64,000 nucleotides of DNA from Perkinsela sp. CCAP 1560/9 (taxonomy: Eukaryota; Protista; Euglenozoa: Kinetoplastea). Under the pieces are notes generated by a model. It made no database searches. It saw nothing but the letters and a program-made list of their open reading frames with translations, and was not told the DNA's origin. The first letter of the stretch is position 1. Each line of letters begins with the position of its first letter. The DNA is taken from the NCBI GenBank assembly GCA_965644495.1, contig CBFFSA010000004.1, positions 62,001 through 126,000 on the forward strand, given 5' to 3'. Shown piece by piece: positions 1 to 10,713 of the stretch. Made by a program: the position numbers and the translations under genes.

Positions 1-2164
1 CACCCCCTTCATGGGATCCCTTTTCTGGCTCACGCTCTTCCGGTTTGTTTGTCGACAAAGACGAGCCAGCGGCCTTTTCCTCCTCGTTTCTATTCCCACA
101 AAGGTGAGAGAGGACGGCCCAGAGCCGGGGGGCGTCGCGGACACTGCTGCGGCGTAACCAACGGATCTCGCGCAGTAAACTCTCCGCGTGGGCGAATAAG
201 AAAGCCAGAATCGGGGGGCGTTGTTGGACCACAGGGTCATAGGTTGCCGTGTCCTCGTTTGTTTCGTCCAGGTCTTCCTTTTCTTGTGGTTCGAACAGCG
301 CGTCGTCGTCTAGCGTGGTATCCGAGAGATCGTCCTGCATGTTGGTACTACGGTTTTGATTCCTCAGCGGGGTACGTGCGTTTTGTTTTCTGTTCTCGGT
401 GGATGGGGTTCCATCTCCTTTTGGGGTATCCCAAACTGCACTGAGTTGTAACATTTCCAGTGCATTGCGTATGTGAGGTTCCAGATAGGTCGCTGAGAGA
501 ATGACCAAACGACGAACGCTTTGTGCGTCATATCCCGAACGAAGAAAACTTTGGCAATGGGCGACATTCGAAAAAGCGCTGTAGCGCATATACACCCGAA
601 GCACGGGGTTAAAAAACCCGTCCTCGTCGGCGAGCACTAATCCGAAGTCAAATTTCCCATTCCGCTGTACGAATTGGCACACCTTTTCGTGGATTTCCTC
701 AAAAGTGCCTTTGGTGCTGTACCCTTGTGCCTTCAAATAGGGCTCCGCGTAGGCTCTTCGAAACCCCGAGGGCCAGAGAAATTTTGAGAAAACCGCGAGC
801 TCCACTGCCGCGCGTACATCTCGAGACGTGCGCAGCTGTTGTTGACTACTCGCGATACGCACAACGCCCCCAAAAAAGAGAGCCGAGACCACCCGCACGC
901 TGAGCCAATTAAAATGTTGTCGTAGCACTGCGGGAACTTGTTTCGGAATGTGTGCCTCCAACGAGCTACGCAATTTCATAATCTCTTTTCGTAAATTCTC
1001 AAATTGTACCCACCCCTCATGGAGATCCACAAACAGCCCATTATACTCCATCTCCGCGGTCGCTAACACGCCCTCCATCCGTGCGTGCATCACAACCAGC
1101 TGCGAGCACTGCGCGGCTTTCTCAATTTGTCGTTTAAACACCTTTTCAGTATTTTTCAAATCTCCCACCAAATATTTCGACAACAGCTCATAGTGAATAT
1201 CCGAGGTATCCACCCCTTTCTGCCACATTTTCTTTATTTCATCGATTTTAGCACTTCCCCCGTACCGCTGCGCGACCTGATCCAATCCCGCAAGATTCGA
1301 CCCCACCCGGACACGTTGTCCCGATAACAAATACTCCCCATAGAGCGTGTCCCAGATTCTTCCCCCTTTTTGAAGAAACGCTTTCCACTCGGGATCACTC
1401 CAGACCCAGAGCAGGTCAAATTTCACGTTGTGACCCACGATGACCTCATAGGGGTCGAGACACGGGAGACGCATCTCACTTTTGGTCTCGAGTTTCCGAG
1501 GGGGAATGGATAGCGATCCCCGGTAATCGAGAGTCCCCGGGAGGACCACCCGATTGGCCTCACAAAACGGGCTTGCGATTCGCCGTTGGTGGGTATGGAT
1601 GGTAGTCTCGAGATCGAGAATAAGATATTTTTTATATTTTTTGAGGGTATCCTTTTCCCGTTGCAGGCGGGAGGGATGGGACAGGATGGATTGAATTTGA
1701 TTCAACACGTTTTGAGCCGCCGCGTCGTCGCGGATTTGACGAAAAGAGCGGAAAGGGGAGTTATTGTTTTTGGGGTTGTGCGTTGTAGGATTGTCCTTTG
1801 TAGGATAATCATCATTGTTTTGAGGGCTATCGCTTTCTTTTTTCTTTTCATTATTATTAACATTCTTCTCTTCTTTGTTTTCTTTATTTTGGAATGAAAA
1901 AGCCGAGTTTGGGGTAGAAAAAGATAAAAATGATTTTTGAGATGATGAGTTTTCTTGAGGAGAAGATTTTTGTGCTTCGAGCAAAGCAGGGGTGAGAGAA
2001 AAGGGTGAGAGGGAGCGTGAGGAGTAGAGCCGGCAGGAAACCAAAAAAGGGGCAGGTGGAGCTGGGAGAGAAGAGGTGAAGGTATTTGAGGATAAAGGAA
2101 GAGATGTGAGGACGCGAAAAATAGGACAAGGCAAGTGGCAAGAGAGTGAGGTAAGCGGCGTCAT
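1..2164 (-). CDS. Mitochondrial family-A DNA polymerase, PolIB/C/D-like; 5' part only, ORF runs off the left window edge
   Basis: Manual translation from ATG at 2164 is open to base 1 (not in the ORF track because there is no stop in the window). Ser/Leu-rich N-terminus with ..CRLYSS (presequence-like); ExoI YLILDLETT, ExoII IVGHNVKFDL, GGRIWDTLYGEYLL, ExoIII KYLVGD, then AEMEYNGLFVD and HFNWLS..SALFFGG (PolA thumb start), followed by a long insertion. Confidence 0.9.
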   Translation of the reverse strand, partial: MTPLTSLSCHLPCPIFRVLTSLPLSSNTFTSSLPAPPAPFLVSCRLYSSRSLSPFSLTPALLEAQKSSPQENSSSQKSFLSFSTPNSAFSFQNKENKEEKNVNNNEKKKESDSPQNNDDYPTKDNPTTHNPKNNNSPFRSFRQIRDDAAAQNVLNQIQSILSHPSRLQREKDTLKKYKKYLILDLETTIHTHQRRIASPFCEANRVVLPGTLDYRGSLSIPPRKLETKSEMRLPCLDPYEVIVGHNVKFDLLWVWSDPEWKAFLQKGGRIWDTLYGEYLLSGQRVRVGSNLAGLDQVAQRYGGSAKIDEIKKMWQKGVDTSDIHYELLSKYLVGDLKNTEKVFKRQIEKAAQCSQLVVMHARMEGVLATAEMEYNGLFVDLHEGWVQFENLRKEIMKLRSSLEAHIPKQVPAVLRQHFNWLSVRVVSALFFGGVVRIASSQQQLRTSRDVRAAVELAVFSKFLWPSGFRRAYAEPYLKAQGYSTKGTFEEIHEKVCQFVQRNGKFDFGLVLADEDGFFNPVLRVYMRYSAFSNVAHCQSFLRSGYDAQSVRRLVILSATYLEPHIRNALEMLQLSAVWDTPKGDGTPSTENRKQNARTPLRNQNRSTNMQDDLSDTTLDDDALFEPQEKEDLDETNEDTATYDPVVQQRPPILAFLFAHAESLLREIRWLRRSSVRDAPRLWAVLSHLCGNRNEEEKAAGSSLSTNKPEEREPEKGSHEGG

Positions 2165-2419
2165 GGGAAAGGTAGAAAAAAGAAAACAAAAAGGAAATTT
2201 TGAGGATTCAAAAAGATTGTGGACGAGATCATGTAAAAAAAGAATAGGGAATAAAAAGAAAAGAAAAAAAATGAATATTGTGAAAACAATTCGATCTTTT
2301 CTTTCGACATTAGATTACAAAATTTACCTTACTCCATCCGCCCTATCCCTTTTTCTTCACTCTTTTACCTCTTTTCTCCTTTTTCCTACACCTTTTTCTT
2401 TCTCCTTTGTTTGTTTTCC

Positions 2420-2791
2420 CTACGCATCCGCCACAAACACCTCCACATCCACCCCCCGTGGGATGTTAATCGCGGTGATGTGCTTCACCATCTCCTGCAC
2501 GCAGCGCAGGTCAATCACCCGCTTGTGGACGCGCATCTGGAAGTGATCCCAGGTATTCGTGCCCTCCCCACAGGGGCTCTTCCGGGTCGTGATGCGCAGC
2601 GTGCGGGTGGGCATGCGCACGGGGCCCCGGACCCGGATGTCGCGCTCGCGGGCCCCGTTGACGAGCTCCCCGCAGGTTTTCTCCAGCGCCGCGGGGTCCT
2701 TGGCGGTGAGCGTGACGCGAATTTTGTGCTCGTTCTCCCGACGAACGGGGTGGGAGGGGGCTGCGGGTTTCTTGGTCGCCAGCGTGTCCAT
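2420..2791 (-). CDS. RPS20: 40S ribosomal protein S20 (uS10)
   Basis: HKIRVTLT...[40 protein letters not shown] is the eukaryotic uS10 signature. Confidence 0.98.
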   Translation of the reverse strand: MDTLATKKPAAPSHPVRRENEHKIRVTLTAKDPAALEKTCGELVNGARERDIRVRGPVRMPTRTLRITTRKSPCGEGTNTWDHFQMRVHKRVIDLRCVQEMVKHITAINIPRGVDVEVFVADA

Positions 2792-3427
2792 GATTTTATG
2801 GGGGTAGAAGTGGAGAAGATAGGAAGAAAAATGTTTTGTTTTGATTTCGTTTTTTTTGTTAAAATCTTGTTTAAATGTGAAAGAGATGGTGGAAATAGGA
2901 AAAGAGAAAGAAAAATATAAATTAGAAACGAAAAGGAGAAAAATGGTGGGTATTTGAAGCTACAGAGGGGGGGGGCTCTCATTGTGTGACTTTGATTCGC
3001 GCTCACGTATTCTTCAAATGAAGTCGAAGTGGGAAATGCGGAAGAGGTGGCGTGCGTCTACGTAGCGTATCGAAGGCATCACCGTTTCTGAATTCCAGTG
3101 GAGTCAATAAGAAATGTCCTTTTCATTTCATATGAAGAAGAAAACAAGTTTTTGCGACGTAGCCCTTTGGGCATCCTTGATGGATCATACGAGCCTTTCA
3201 ATTGGGGATTCTGCGAGAGATCAAGTTTATTTAATTTCGCCGGCAAATCGTCGAGATGGACCACTCCGTCAAATAGATTCAGTGAAAAATTGAGCTGCAA
3301 CAAAAATAAAGGCAAATGAATGAGATTGAGGGCCCCGGACACCAGGTTGGAATTCGCATAGTGTTTGTAGGGAATTCGGGAGCCGATCTAACGCAATTGA
3401 ACCCTCCAGCTGATTACAAGAGACGCT

Positions 3428-3987
3428 TGTTTTATCATGCACTTATAGTGCAGAGATTTACTCACCATGTCCTTATCCCGCATACGACGGGTGGATCATG
3501 TGAGGTTTCGTCCTCGCCGGAGGTGTGCGGGTGCAGAGAGCTGGCGTCCCAGGTGCAGAGAGCTCGGTTGTCATGTGCAGGTGCAGAGAGCCGGATGCGT
3601 AATCCCCATATTACAGTTTCGGGGGCAATCCGGGTGCAGAGAGCTGCGACAGAGCCGAGGTGCGGAGAGCTGGGCGACCGCCAGGTGCAGAGAACCGAGT
3701 CTCGTCGGCGGAGGACACGTCTAGTGGTCCTCAAGGGAGGCCACCGTGACGCATGTCCCTCTCGGAGAGGAAAAAGACAAGTCGAAAAAAGCCGAGAGGG
3801 GGAAGCACACTCACTCCAGGGGAGTGAGTCGGGGAGGGGTGAAAGCGCGTCCCCTGCTTCAGCGACAAGAGGGACAGTTCCGACCTTAGTGCCGGCCGGC
3901 AACGGGCATAAAAATACAGTAAGAGTATGCCCGTTGCCGGGGAAAGAAAGGATTAACTAAGGAAAAAGTACCAACAAGGTACAGAAA
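3428..3987 (-). mobile_element. SL-headed non-coding insertion (retroposed RNA or SL-locus fragment) inside the LRR gene
   Basis: Starts with GTTTCTGTACCTTGTTG; contains a hairpin (CCGGCAACGGGCATA..TATGCCCGTTGCCGG) and about 7 copies of GTGCAGAGA(G) on + between 3448 and 3693. Removing it restores the LRR register. No TSD seen. Confidence 0.65.
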
Positions 3988-3988
3988 C
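3972..3988 (-). ncRNA. 3' part of a spliced-leader (mini-exon) sequence
   Basis: GTTTCTGTACCTTGTTG; 16 nt identical to the longer SL-like copy at 40551-40586 and ending in the canonical TTG. Confidence 0.7.
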
Positions 3989-5140
3989 AAATGCGAAAGG
4001 GAGGAGGGCAGATCGATGAGAACCAAATTCCCGGTAAAACGATTCGAATTGAGCCGTAAAATATGAAGGATTGTGGGTAAGTGGGTGAGATCCAAGCTCC
4101 CCTCCAACTGGTTATCGGACACGGACAATTCGATTAATAGTTCTGGGAGTGTATCCATAGATAGGTTCCCTGTAAATTGATTGATGCAGGCTTTTAAAGA
4201 AAGGGGTTTATGCGGTAAATGCTCCAAATGGAGATTTCCAGAGAGCTGGTGTCCCATCAAGTATAGCCGAGAAAGAGTAGGAGGGAGATTTTTCCAATGT
4301 AGGACGCCCCGCATGGCGTAGGCATTCCGGGAATCCCAATATAAATCGGTGACGTATCCACTATCGGAACATTTCACGTTCATCCAGGAACACGCAGGAA
4401 TGTGTACACTCCACGAGACATGGGGATTCTCGATCTCTTGGATAAATGCGGCAAGTTCGTACTCTTGGGGTAGGGAGGCTCTGAGTTTTCCAAGGCGTGC
4501 GGAAGTTTGATACGTATCTTCGAGGAAAACGAACGGAAAAGACATCATACAAGTAAATAACTTCTAAAGAAATTTAATTGTCAAATAAAATGTACAATCG
4601 CATTCAATAATCCTTGATCACCTAAAAAATCAATGTTAATTTTTTAGTACTTTTAGTATTTTTTAAATTTCTCTAAGATTGTTTCTTAAGAATGAATAAG
4701 GATTAATTCTCAAAAACTTAAAAATAAATCTATCAAAAAGAGTTAGAAAAATACATACATGTACGTAACATGACATACAAATACATGTGTATAAAAAAGG
4801 AATGCCAATGGTATATCCTTCTCTCTACATAAACATTCTCTCTACATAAACCAGCCGTCATACAGATATAGTCCAGTCGTCATTCACAGATGCGCAACGT
4901 TGAATCATTTTAAAGATGAAGAATGCACGATTAAGAACGCACACCTCGCAGTAGAAAAAATAAATTGTTTAACGGATGATTGGTTGGTATTCAGGAAATG
5001 TTTGCTTCACGAAATGAAGCAAACAACTTTGTATCAGAACAATACGCAGTCTACTGTATCGTACAAACATACCACCCGAGAAATAATTTTTTCTTTCTTA
5101 GTCTTGCGCGTCCGAGTAAATGTCTCACATATTCCTTGAA

Positions 5141-5644
5141 TTAATGCCTTTCCTTCATCAATTCTTCAATGAATGCCCTGCCCTTCTGACGGCGGCGTTT
5201 TACCTCATCTGAAAGCTCCTGATATTGTTTGGCTGTAAGCAGCTTATATTTGGCAGATATTTTCTTTTGCACAGCTCGGAAACAAGCCCTCGGATTCTTG
5301 TGGTTTCCCTTCTCCGCTTTATATATCGCTGTCATGAACATTTTTACAAACAAAGAGTATGGAGTAATTCGCGCACAATTCACCCGAGCTTTAAGCGCTT
5401 TTTTTCGCTTCATATTCTCGGCAGCAGTCTTACTGAAGGACTGGACTTGAGAAGGAGATAATTTTTTAAAAGCGGCATGTGCTCCGGCGAGATTTGGGTA
5501 TCCCTTTTTACCTTTGCAAAACTTTGCTATAAATACACGCAGCGCACTTGTCGGGGCCGACTTCCCAGCCCACGGTTTCTTGATAACTTTAAGACGAAGC
5601 TTTGCGATGTTCTTGGCGAGCTTTGGAAATACACGAGCAAACAT
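5141..5644 (-). CDS. KAP-like basic tandem HMG-box mitochondrial DNA-binding protein, copy 1
   Basis: 167 aa from ATG 5644; short Arg-containing N-terminus; two degenerate HMG boxes (PTSALRVF..FKKLSP, PYSLFVK..YKLLT); Lys/Ala-rich; paralogous to five other copies. Confidence 0.8.
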   Translation of the reverse strand: MFARVFPKLAKNIAKLRLKVIKKPWAGKSAPTSALRVFIAKFCKGKKGYPNLAGAHAAFKKLSPSQVQSFSKTAAENMKRKKALKARVNCARITPYSLFVKMFMTAIYKAEKGNHKNPRACFRAVQKKISAKYKLLTAKQYQELSDEVKRRRQKGRAFIEELMKERH

Positions 5645-6193
5645 TAGAGGTGGAAATACAATAAAAAGGAGAAATAGAACTGCGTTCAAGAAAGAAGACT
5701 TAACTTAGTGTAACATGAGACCTTCTTAAAAAGTACGAACAGATTACAATGTACGATGTACTGAAGTTATGAGATTGCTGTGACATCTATGATTTCTTCT
5801 ACTGGCGATCCTATCGATAATGAAGAGCTACCTTTCTTAGACTAGTGCGGTTCTAGTTACAAAACATGTTCCAGGATTATTTCCAGGATTTATACCTAGT
5901 AGGTATACTAAGTAGGTACGGTATACTAAATTTTCTTTAAAAAGCAAAAAATTAAAATTTTTCGCGCCGCTTCGCGGAGCTTTCCTTCTCTGTAGTTGCT
6001 AGAAAAAAGGTGCCTTGGTCTTCAAATAAGATTTCTTAGCTGGGGCTTGCTAGAAAAGTTACTCTGTCGCTTCTAAAAATGTGACGTCTCTCGCTTCTGT
6101 TGTGTTGAGGGGGGCGTAGGTATTCTAAGTGGGCATGGGTATACTATCCTGGAACACGGCTTAAGAAACCTTAAGCCTGTACTCATACCTACA

Positions 6194-7019
6194 TAGTAAA
6201 AGTCACAATTCTGAGAATCACTAAAAATGAGAATTGGGCTGTCAACGTGCAACTAGGAAAAATGAGAATGTTATTAAAAAATGAGAATGCGTCTCTGCAT
6301 GACCATGTTAACGTGCAACTCCATTTGAGAATCAAAAATGAGAAAGGCCAAAAAAGTTTCATACAGCTTCTGCACTTCCTCTTTATACCTAATATATTAC
6401 TCCCCCCATATCCTAGCGTTGCCTCGTTTGCCTTCAGTGGAAAGGCGTACCGTTGCTGAGACAGGAAAAGAATTTATACGACTTGCAGCGGCCACGGTTC
6501 TTGGAAAAGGGGGGCTTCGAATGATGTACTTGCTTATCGGCCTACGATTTTCCAGGGAATGTTCAAACACAGAGATAATAATTCGAAAATCGTAATTTAA
6601 TGAGACTTATAGCTAAAGCGTATAACAACATGGGATTAATAAATTGATGAAATCACTAAAAAAATCATGAAGATAAAATTCGGGAAAAAATGAATTTCAC
6701 TGTCTCATATTCACTCTCTTTCCATAGAGTTCTTCTTGGGCTTCGCTAGGTTCATTAACAAAGTTGTCGACGTCAATGAGGACGTGCTGCTGCAGAGGGT
6801 TTTTATTTATATTCTTCCATGTACCTCCCTTTTTTGTGGCTACCATTTTTTTTTTAGAAAAAAGCAAATCAGTAAAAATGAGAATCCATTCAATTTCTAC
6901 CAAAAAAGTGCTGACAACGTGCAACAGGTCAATTCTGAGAATTGTGACGAAAATTTGCAAAAGTGCTTTTTTACGCGGCAATGTGCAACTGACCATTCTC
7001 AGAATTGTGACTTTTACTG
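6194..7019. mobile_element. Non-autonomous TIR element, diverged relative of the 9672-10713 family
   Basis: TIR AGTAAAAGTCACAATTCTGAGAAT / ATTCTCAGAATTGTGACTTTTACTG; subterminal AAAATGAGAAT repeats. Confidence 0.7.
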
Positions 7020-7201
7020 CAATTCATCGATGACTTTGGAAGGACGGAATTATCAAGCTGGCCACAAAGCTGGCCCCTTGTTGTCGTGCAGAAACAATGC
7101 TCGTAATCCTCCGCGGGGACAGTCGAAAATATCTCTGCCCGAAAAAAGGCAAAATTTTCGAAGAAAAAAGTGTTCGCTTATTCAAGCCCTTTTAGTCCAT
7201 T

Positions 7202-9049
7202 TCATTCTTCCAACATACATGTATACAGCATCGTGTCGTGCCTTGTGCTTAACCCCGAAGCGCCCCGAAATGAAGTCACCGTAAGGTTTTGCCACACGAT
7301 AGAACCGTAATTATCGGGTATCTCACCCTTTAAGAGCCGAGACACCTCAGGGCGAGAATGCAAGGGACCCCATATCGTTAACGGAACCCGTACATCCAAA
7401 ACAGACACGTTTTGAAACTCCACCTCCTCTGTCCTATTCCCATCATGAGGGAGAGGGGAGGAGGTGCTGTTTTCATTGTTCTTTCCATTACTCCCCTTCT
7501 CGTTGTCTACGGGTGGGACCAGCCACACCCGGGAGAGCAGTACTTCCCGTCCATCCCGAGTACGTATGAGCTCCCCGACAACGGAGACACACGCGACGAC
7601 GGCCTCCACACTCACCACAGTCCCCGAGGGGATCTGGGAGAGTTTGTACAGCGCCGTGAGCTCGTCCACGTTTTGTTCTTTTTCATTTTCGTTTTGTGTA
7701 AATTCATTTTGTATAAATATTTTATTTCGGTATTTTTCCCCCCGGGAGTGGGCGAGTCGTTTGTTGTGGGAAGCCTTTTTATTCTTTTCCCCCATAGGAC
7801 TCCAAAACCGTTTTTCGGGAAAGAATTTATTCTTTTTATTCTCAAGAACAAACCGTCCCGAGGAGGGGTCAACCTCCCAATGGTTGCCATGAGCATCCGT
7901 GAGAACTATATTGATTAAAGAAGTCGAAGTCGAAGACTCAGCGTCTTCTTCTTCTTCTCCTTTTTGTTGTGCAAACAAAAGAGAGTGAATGGAGGCGTTT
8001 TGTCGAAACCAATTCGCACAGGTAAAAGGTACGAATTCTGGTGTTTCATTTCTGGGATTTGCTCCTCCCAAAAGAGCCCAACAAGGGGCAGGGGTCGCTA
8101 CCCCGGGTGTCATCCTCGAGGAGATCACCCAGTGGTTGTGGGACTCGAAAAGGCTGCGCTCGTCGAGGGCGAGTATCAAAAGTACGGGGTGATACTCACT
8201 TTTAGAAAACTCTTTTTTTTGTGACTCGAGGTCGTTTTCTATTCTTTTGTTGGTTTCGATATCGGGTTCGTTTTCGACCCCTTTGAATTGCTTCCCCCAC
8301 GCGGTGTGCTCTGGAGAGCTGATCTCACGGTAGAGCAGCACCGCGTGGGTGATGGTGAGAACAGTGCCAATGGCAATCACCTCACAGGCGGTGATGAATT
8401 TCGTGCTTAACGAGGCGCACAGAAGTGCGTCACAGCCGCAGCAGCCGTCCCACAGGGTGAGACGATACCGCAACTCGGGTTCTGTTTTTATTTTGATTTG
8501 TTTAATGTCTACAACTTGTAGCGTGATGGGGTGAATCGGGGAGGGGTAGAGGGCAAGGAGGTGAACCGTACCGCCTGCAGCCTCCGCTTCAGGCAGACAT
8601 GCCTCGTGGTTGTCCGAAGTGACGGAGAGTTGCGGAGCGCGACACGATTTTCTCAGGTAGGTGGTTTCGCGCAAGCACAGGTTGTGATATTTCTCAACGA
8701 GGTCCATTACTTGACTTACAAATGCGTAACATGACGCGAGGTAATCTTTATAGATATCAAGGCTTCCTGATTTTCGGTGTTTCGTGGAATCCATATTCGA
8801 AATTTTACTTTTCGCCGAGTGGGCAGAATCTTTCTCGGTAGTGATTTTGCGTTCGAAGAAACTGGAAGTATGAAGTCGTTGGAGAACACCTTGCACAAGG
8901 TAAAGCACTGGTGCGATTGAGACGGATCGAGGTTCTGACCAGATAAATGGATCGTCCGCATTTTCCGCAGCAACTGAATCTTCTGCTTTATCAGAGAGAG
9001 TGATGTGATGGTGTGTGACACAATGAGCAAGACAAGGAGTAAGGCTCAT
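7202..9049 (-). CDS. RPA1-like OB-fold protein (RPA70N-like domain plus one C-terminal ssDNA-binding-type OB fold)
   Basis: PITLQVVDIKQI..RYRLTLWDG..ALLCASL resembles RPA70N; VSVEAVV..IRTRDGREVLLSRVWLV..VPLTIWG..NLTVTSFRGASGLST resembles RPA DBD-B. Intact 615 aa. Confidence 0.7.
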   Translation of the reverse strand: MSLTPCLAHCVTHHHITLSDKAEDSVAAENADDPFIWSEPRSVSIAPVLYLVQGVLQRLHTSSFFERKITTEKDSAHSAKSKISNMDSTKHRKSGSLDIYKDYLASCYAFVSQVMDLVEKYHNLCLRETTYLRKSCRAPQLSVTSDNHEACLPEAEAAGGTVHLLALYPSPIHPITLQVVDIKQIKIKTEPELRYRLTLWDGCCGCDALLCASLSTKFITACEVIAIGTVLTITHAVLLYREISSPEHTAWGKQFKGVENEPDIETNKRIENDLESQKKEFSKSEYHPVLLILALDERSLFESHNHWVISSRMTPGVATPAPCWALLGGANPRNETPEFVPFTCANWFRQNASIHSLLFAQQKGEEEEDAESSTSTSLINIVLTDAHGNHWEVDPSSGRFVLENKKNKFFPEKRFWSPMGEKNKKASHNKRLAHSRGEKYRNKIFIQNEFTQNENEKEQNVDELTALYKLSQIPSGTVVSVEAVVACVSVVGELIRTRDGREVLLSRVWLVPPVDNEKGSNGKNNENSTSSPLPHDGNRTEEVEFQNVSVLDVRVPLTIWGPLHSRPEVSRLLKGEIPDNYGSIVWQNLTVTSFRGASGLSTRHDTMLYTCMLEE

Positions 9050-9671
9050 AACACAGTCATAATATACGATTTAGGTTGTATGCAAACGAAAAAAGGAAAC
9101 AAATTTTACGCAAAAGAGTGTGAGAGTGTGAGGGAGAAAAAATATTTCAAAGTTGGCCACGTTATACAAATTTTGTGCGCCCTATATTTTCGTACCCACC
9201 CCCGTAAACGGGAGTACAACTAATGTACAGGACCTGTACATTACAGGGCCCTGTTACGTTACATGTATGAAATTCCGGTAATTCGTTTTTTGAGTACTCA
9301 ACGAAGATACCCAACCCAAAAAATAATTTTCATTGCACTGTACTAAGTGTTCTGCCTTTTAAACTAAATACCTGTATAACAATTGACCTCTCTGACATTA
9401 ATTTCTTTGTTGGCTGTATTTTCTGTTTTCTTAAGGTGTATGTTCGACTACGACCTTACTCCGAGCAACGATGAATACGTGGATGACGATCCCGATTCTT
9501 CTGATTCCGAGAGGTACTTGACTTTGAGAAAGTGGGTGGCTTGCTCTATTCAAGAAGCGTTCCGCATGCCATTAAGGTCGGAAACTTCAGTGGAGTTTTT
9601 ACGTACACATGAGTAACGCCGAAAAGAACGCAACCAAGTACTCCCCTGAGCGACGGCCTCCACCGGTACTA

Positions 9672-10713
9672 CAGTAAACGTCACTATTCTGAGAGTCGCT
9701 AAAAATGAGAATTGGACTGTCAACGTACAACTGGCTAAAATGAGAATGCACCTTGGAAAATGAGAATGGAGCTTCGGTCATGTGTCAACGTTCAATTCAA
9801 TTTTACACTCAAAAGTGAGAATTGAAAAACAACGCTTTCGTTCTCTCACTGATTAACTCACTGCTTCATCTTCACTAACTGGAGAGTATGCGAGAGATCG
9901 GTGGAAATCACTGGGGATACCGTATACTCCCCCAGTAATGGACCCCCCAGTAGCAGAGATTTCGCCATTTTTGGGCCGACACACAGTAACAAGGATTTGT
10001 CTCGGGAGGGTGGTTGGAGGGGGGGTGTCTGGACAGGATGAGGGTGGTTGTGCAGTAGCGAATCGCGTGGTTTCTGGGTTGGCTGTACAGAAAATCAACG
10101 CACTCATGAACGAAAAAGGCCTTTGCCCACCGAAAAAGCATACCCCACCCAGTAACAAGGATTTGGCCTTTATGGTCCAAAATCGATTCTATTACTGGGG
10201 GGGTATAGGTAGGTGGAGATAGATGGGGATCACAGGGGATCACTGCAGATCATTTTTATCGTTGTCCCTTCTCTTCTTCCATTCATGAAAGGCACACAAA
10301 TATCTTAGTGAGACCAAAAAAGAAAAGAAAACACTGATTTAGGTGACTACAAGTAATGAAACTTTGTTTTTCTGAAAACAAAACGCTAATACACAAAAGG
10401 AAAACTTGTGCTGTTTGACTGCGCGGTGTTCTTCTGATGAAGAAGAACTCCTTGGTTCTGCAAACCAAGGAGATAGTGGGAGATCTCTGGGGGTCATTTT
10501 TGTGCACCCAAAGCGGCCTGCTGCTCCGCTGCTAATATTTTTCTTGCAAAACGTTTTCTTTTTTAAAAATGAGAATTATGATTTGACCTCATAAAAAAGT
10601 GCCTGTCAACGTTCAACAGACCAATTCTGAGAATAGTGACGAAAAACGACAAAAAAGCCGTTTTTTCTGTGTCAACGTACAACTGAGCATTCTGAGAATA
10701 GTGACGTTTACTG
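9672..10713. mobile_element. TA-flanked non-autonomous DNA transposon (Tc1/mariner/pogo type)
   Basis: TA|CAGTAAACGTCACTATTCTGAGA ... TCTGAGAATAGTGACGTTTACTG|TA; second copy inverted at 19371-20274. Confidence 0.9.
9920..10209. mobile_element. ~300-bp MITE nested in the 9672 element
   Basis: TA|CCGTATACTCCCCCAGTAATG ... ATTACTGGGGGGGTATAGG|TA; same family at 19787-20063 and 49690-50003. Confidence 0.85.

Larger units (their letters stand above)
3079..4548 (-). pseudogene. Leucine-rich repeat protein gene interrupted by a 560-bp insertion, with one further frameshift
   Basis: N-cap CxWxxVxC and LxLxxNxL/FxGxLxLxxLP repeats. The frame reads ..LPSSLSHL|insert|SVSCNQLEGSIALDRLPNSL.., then shifts into ORF 3079-3342 (LDLSQNPQLKG). 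Confidence 0.85.

Noticed and set aside
3448-3693. Mini-CRISPR reading of the GTGCAGAGAG motifs
   Set aside because: Motifs are only 9-13 nt with irregular spacing; kept as part of the SL-headed insert.
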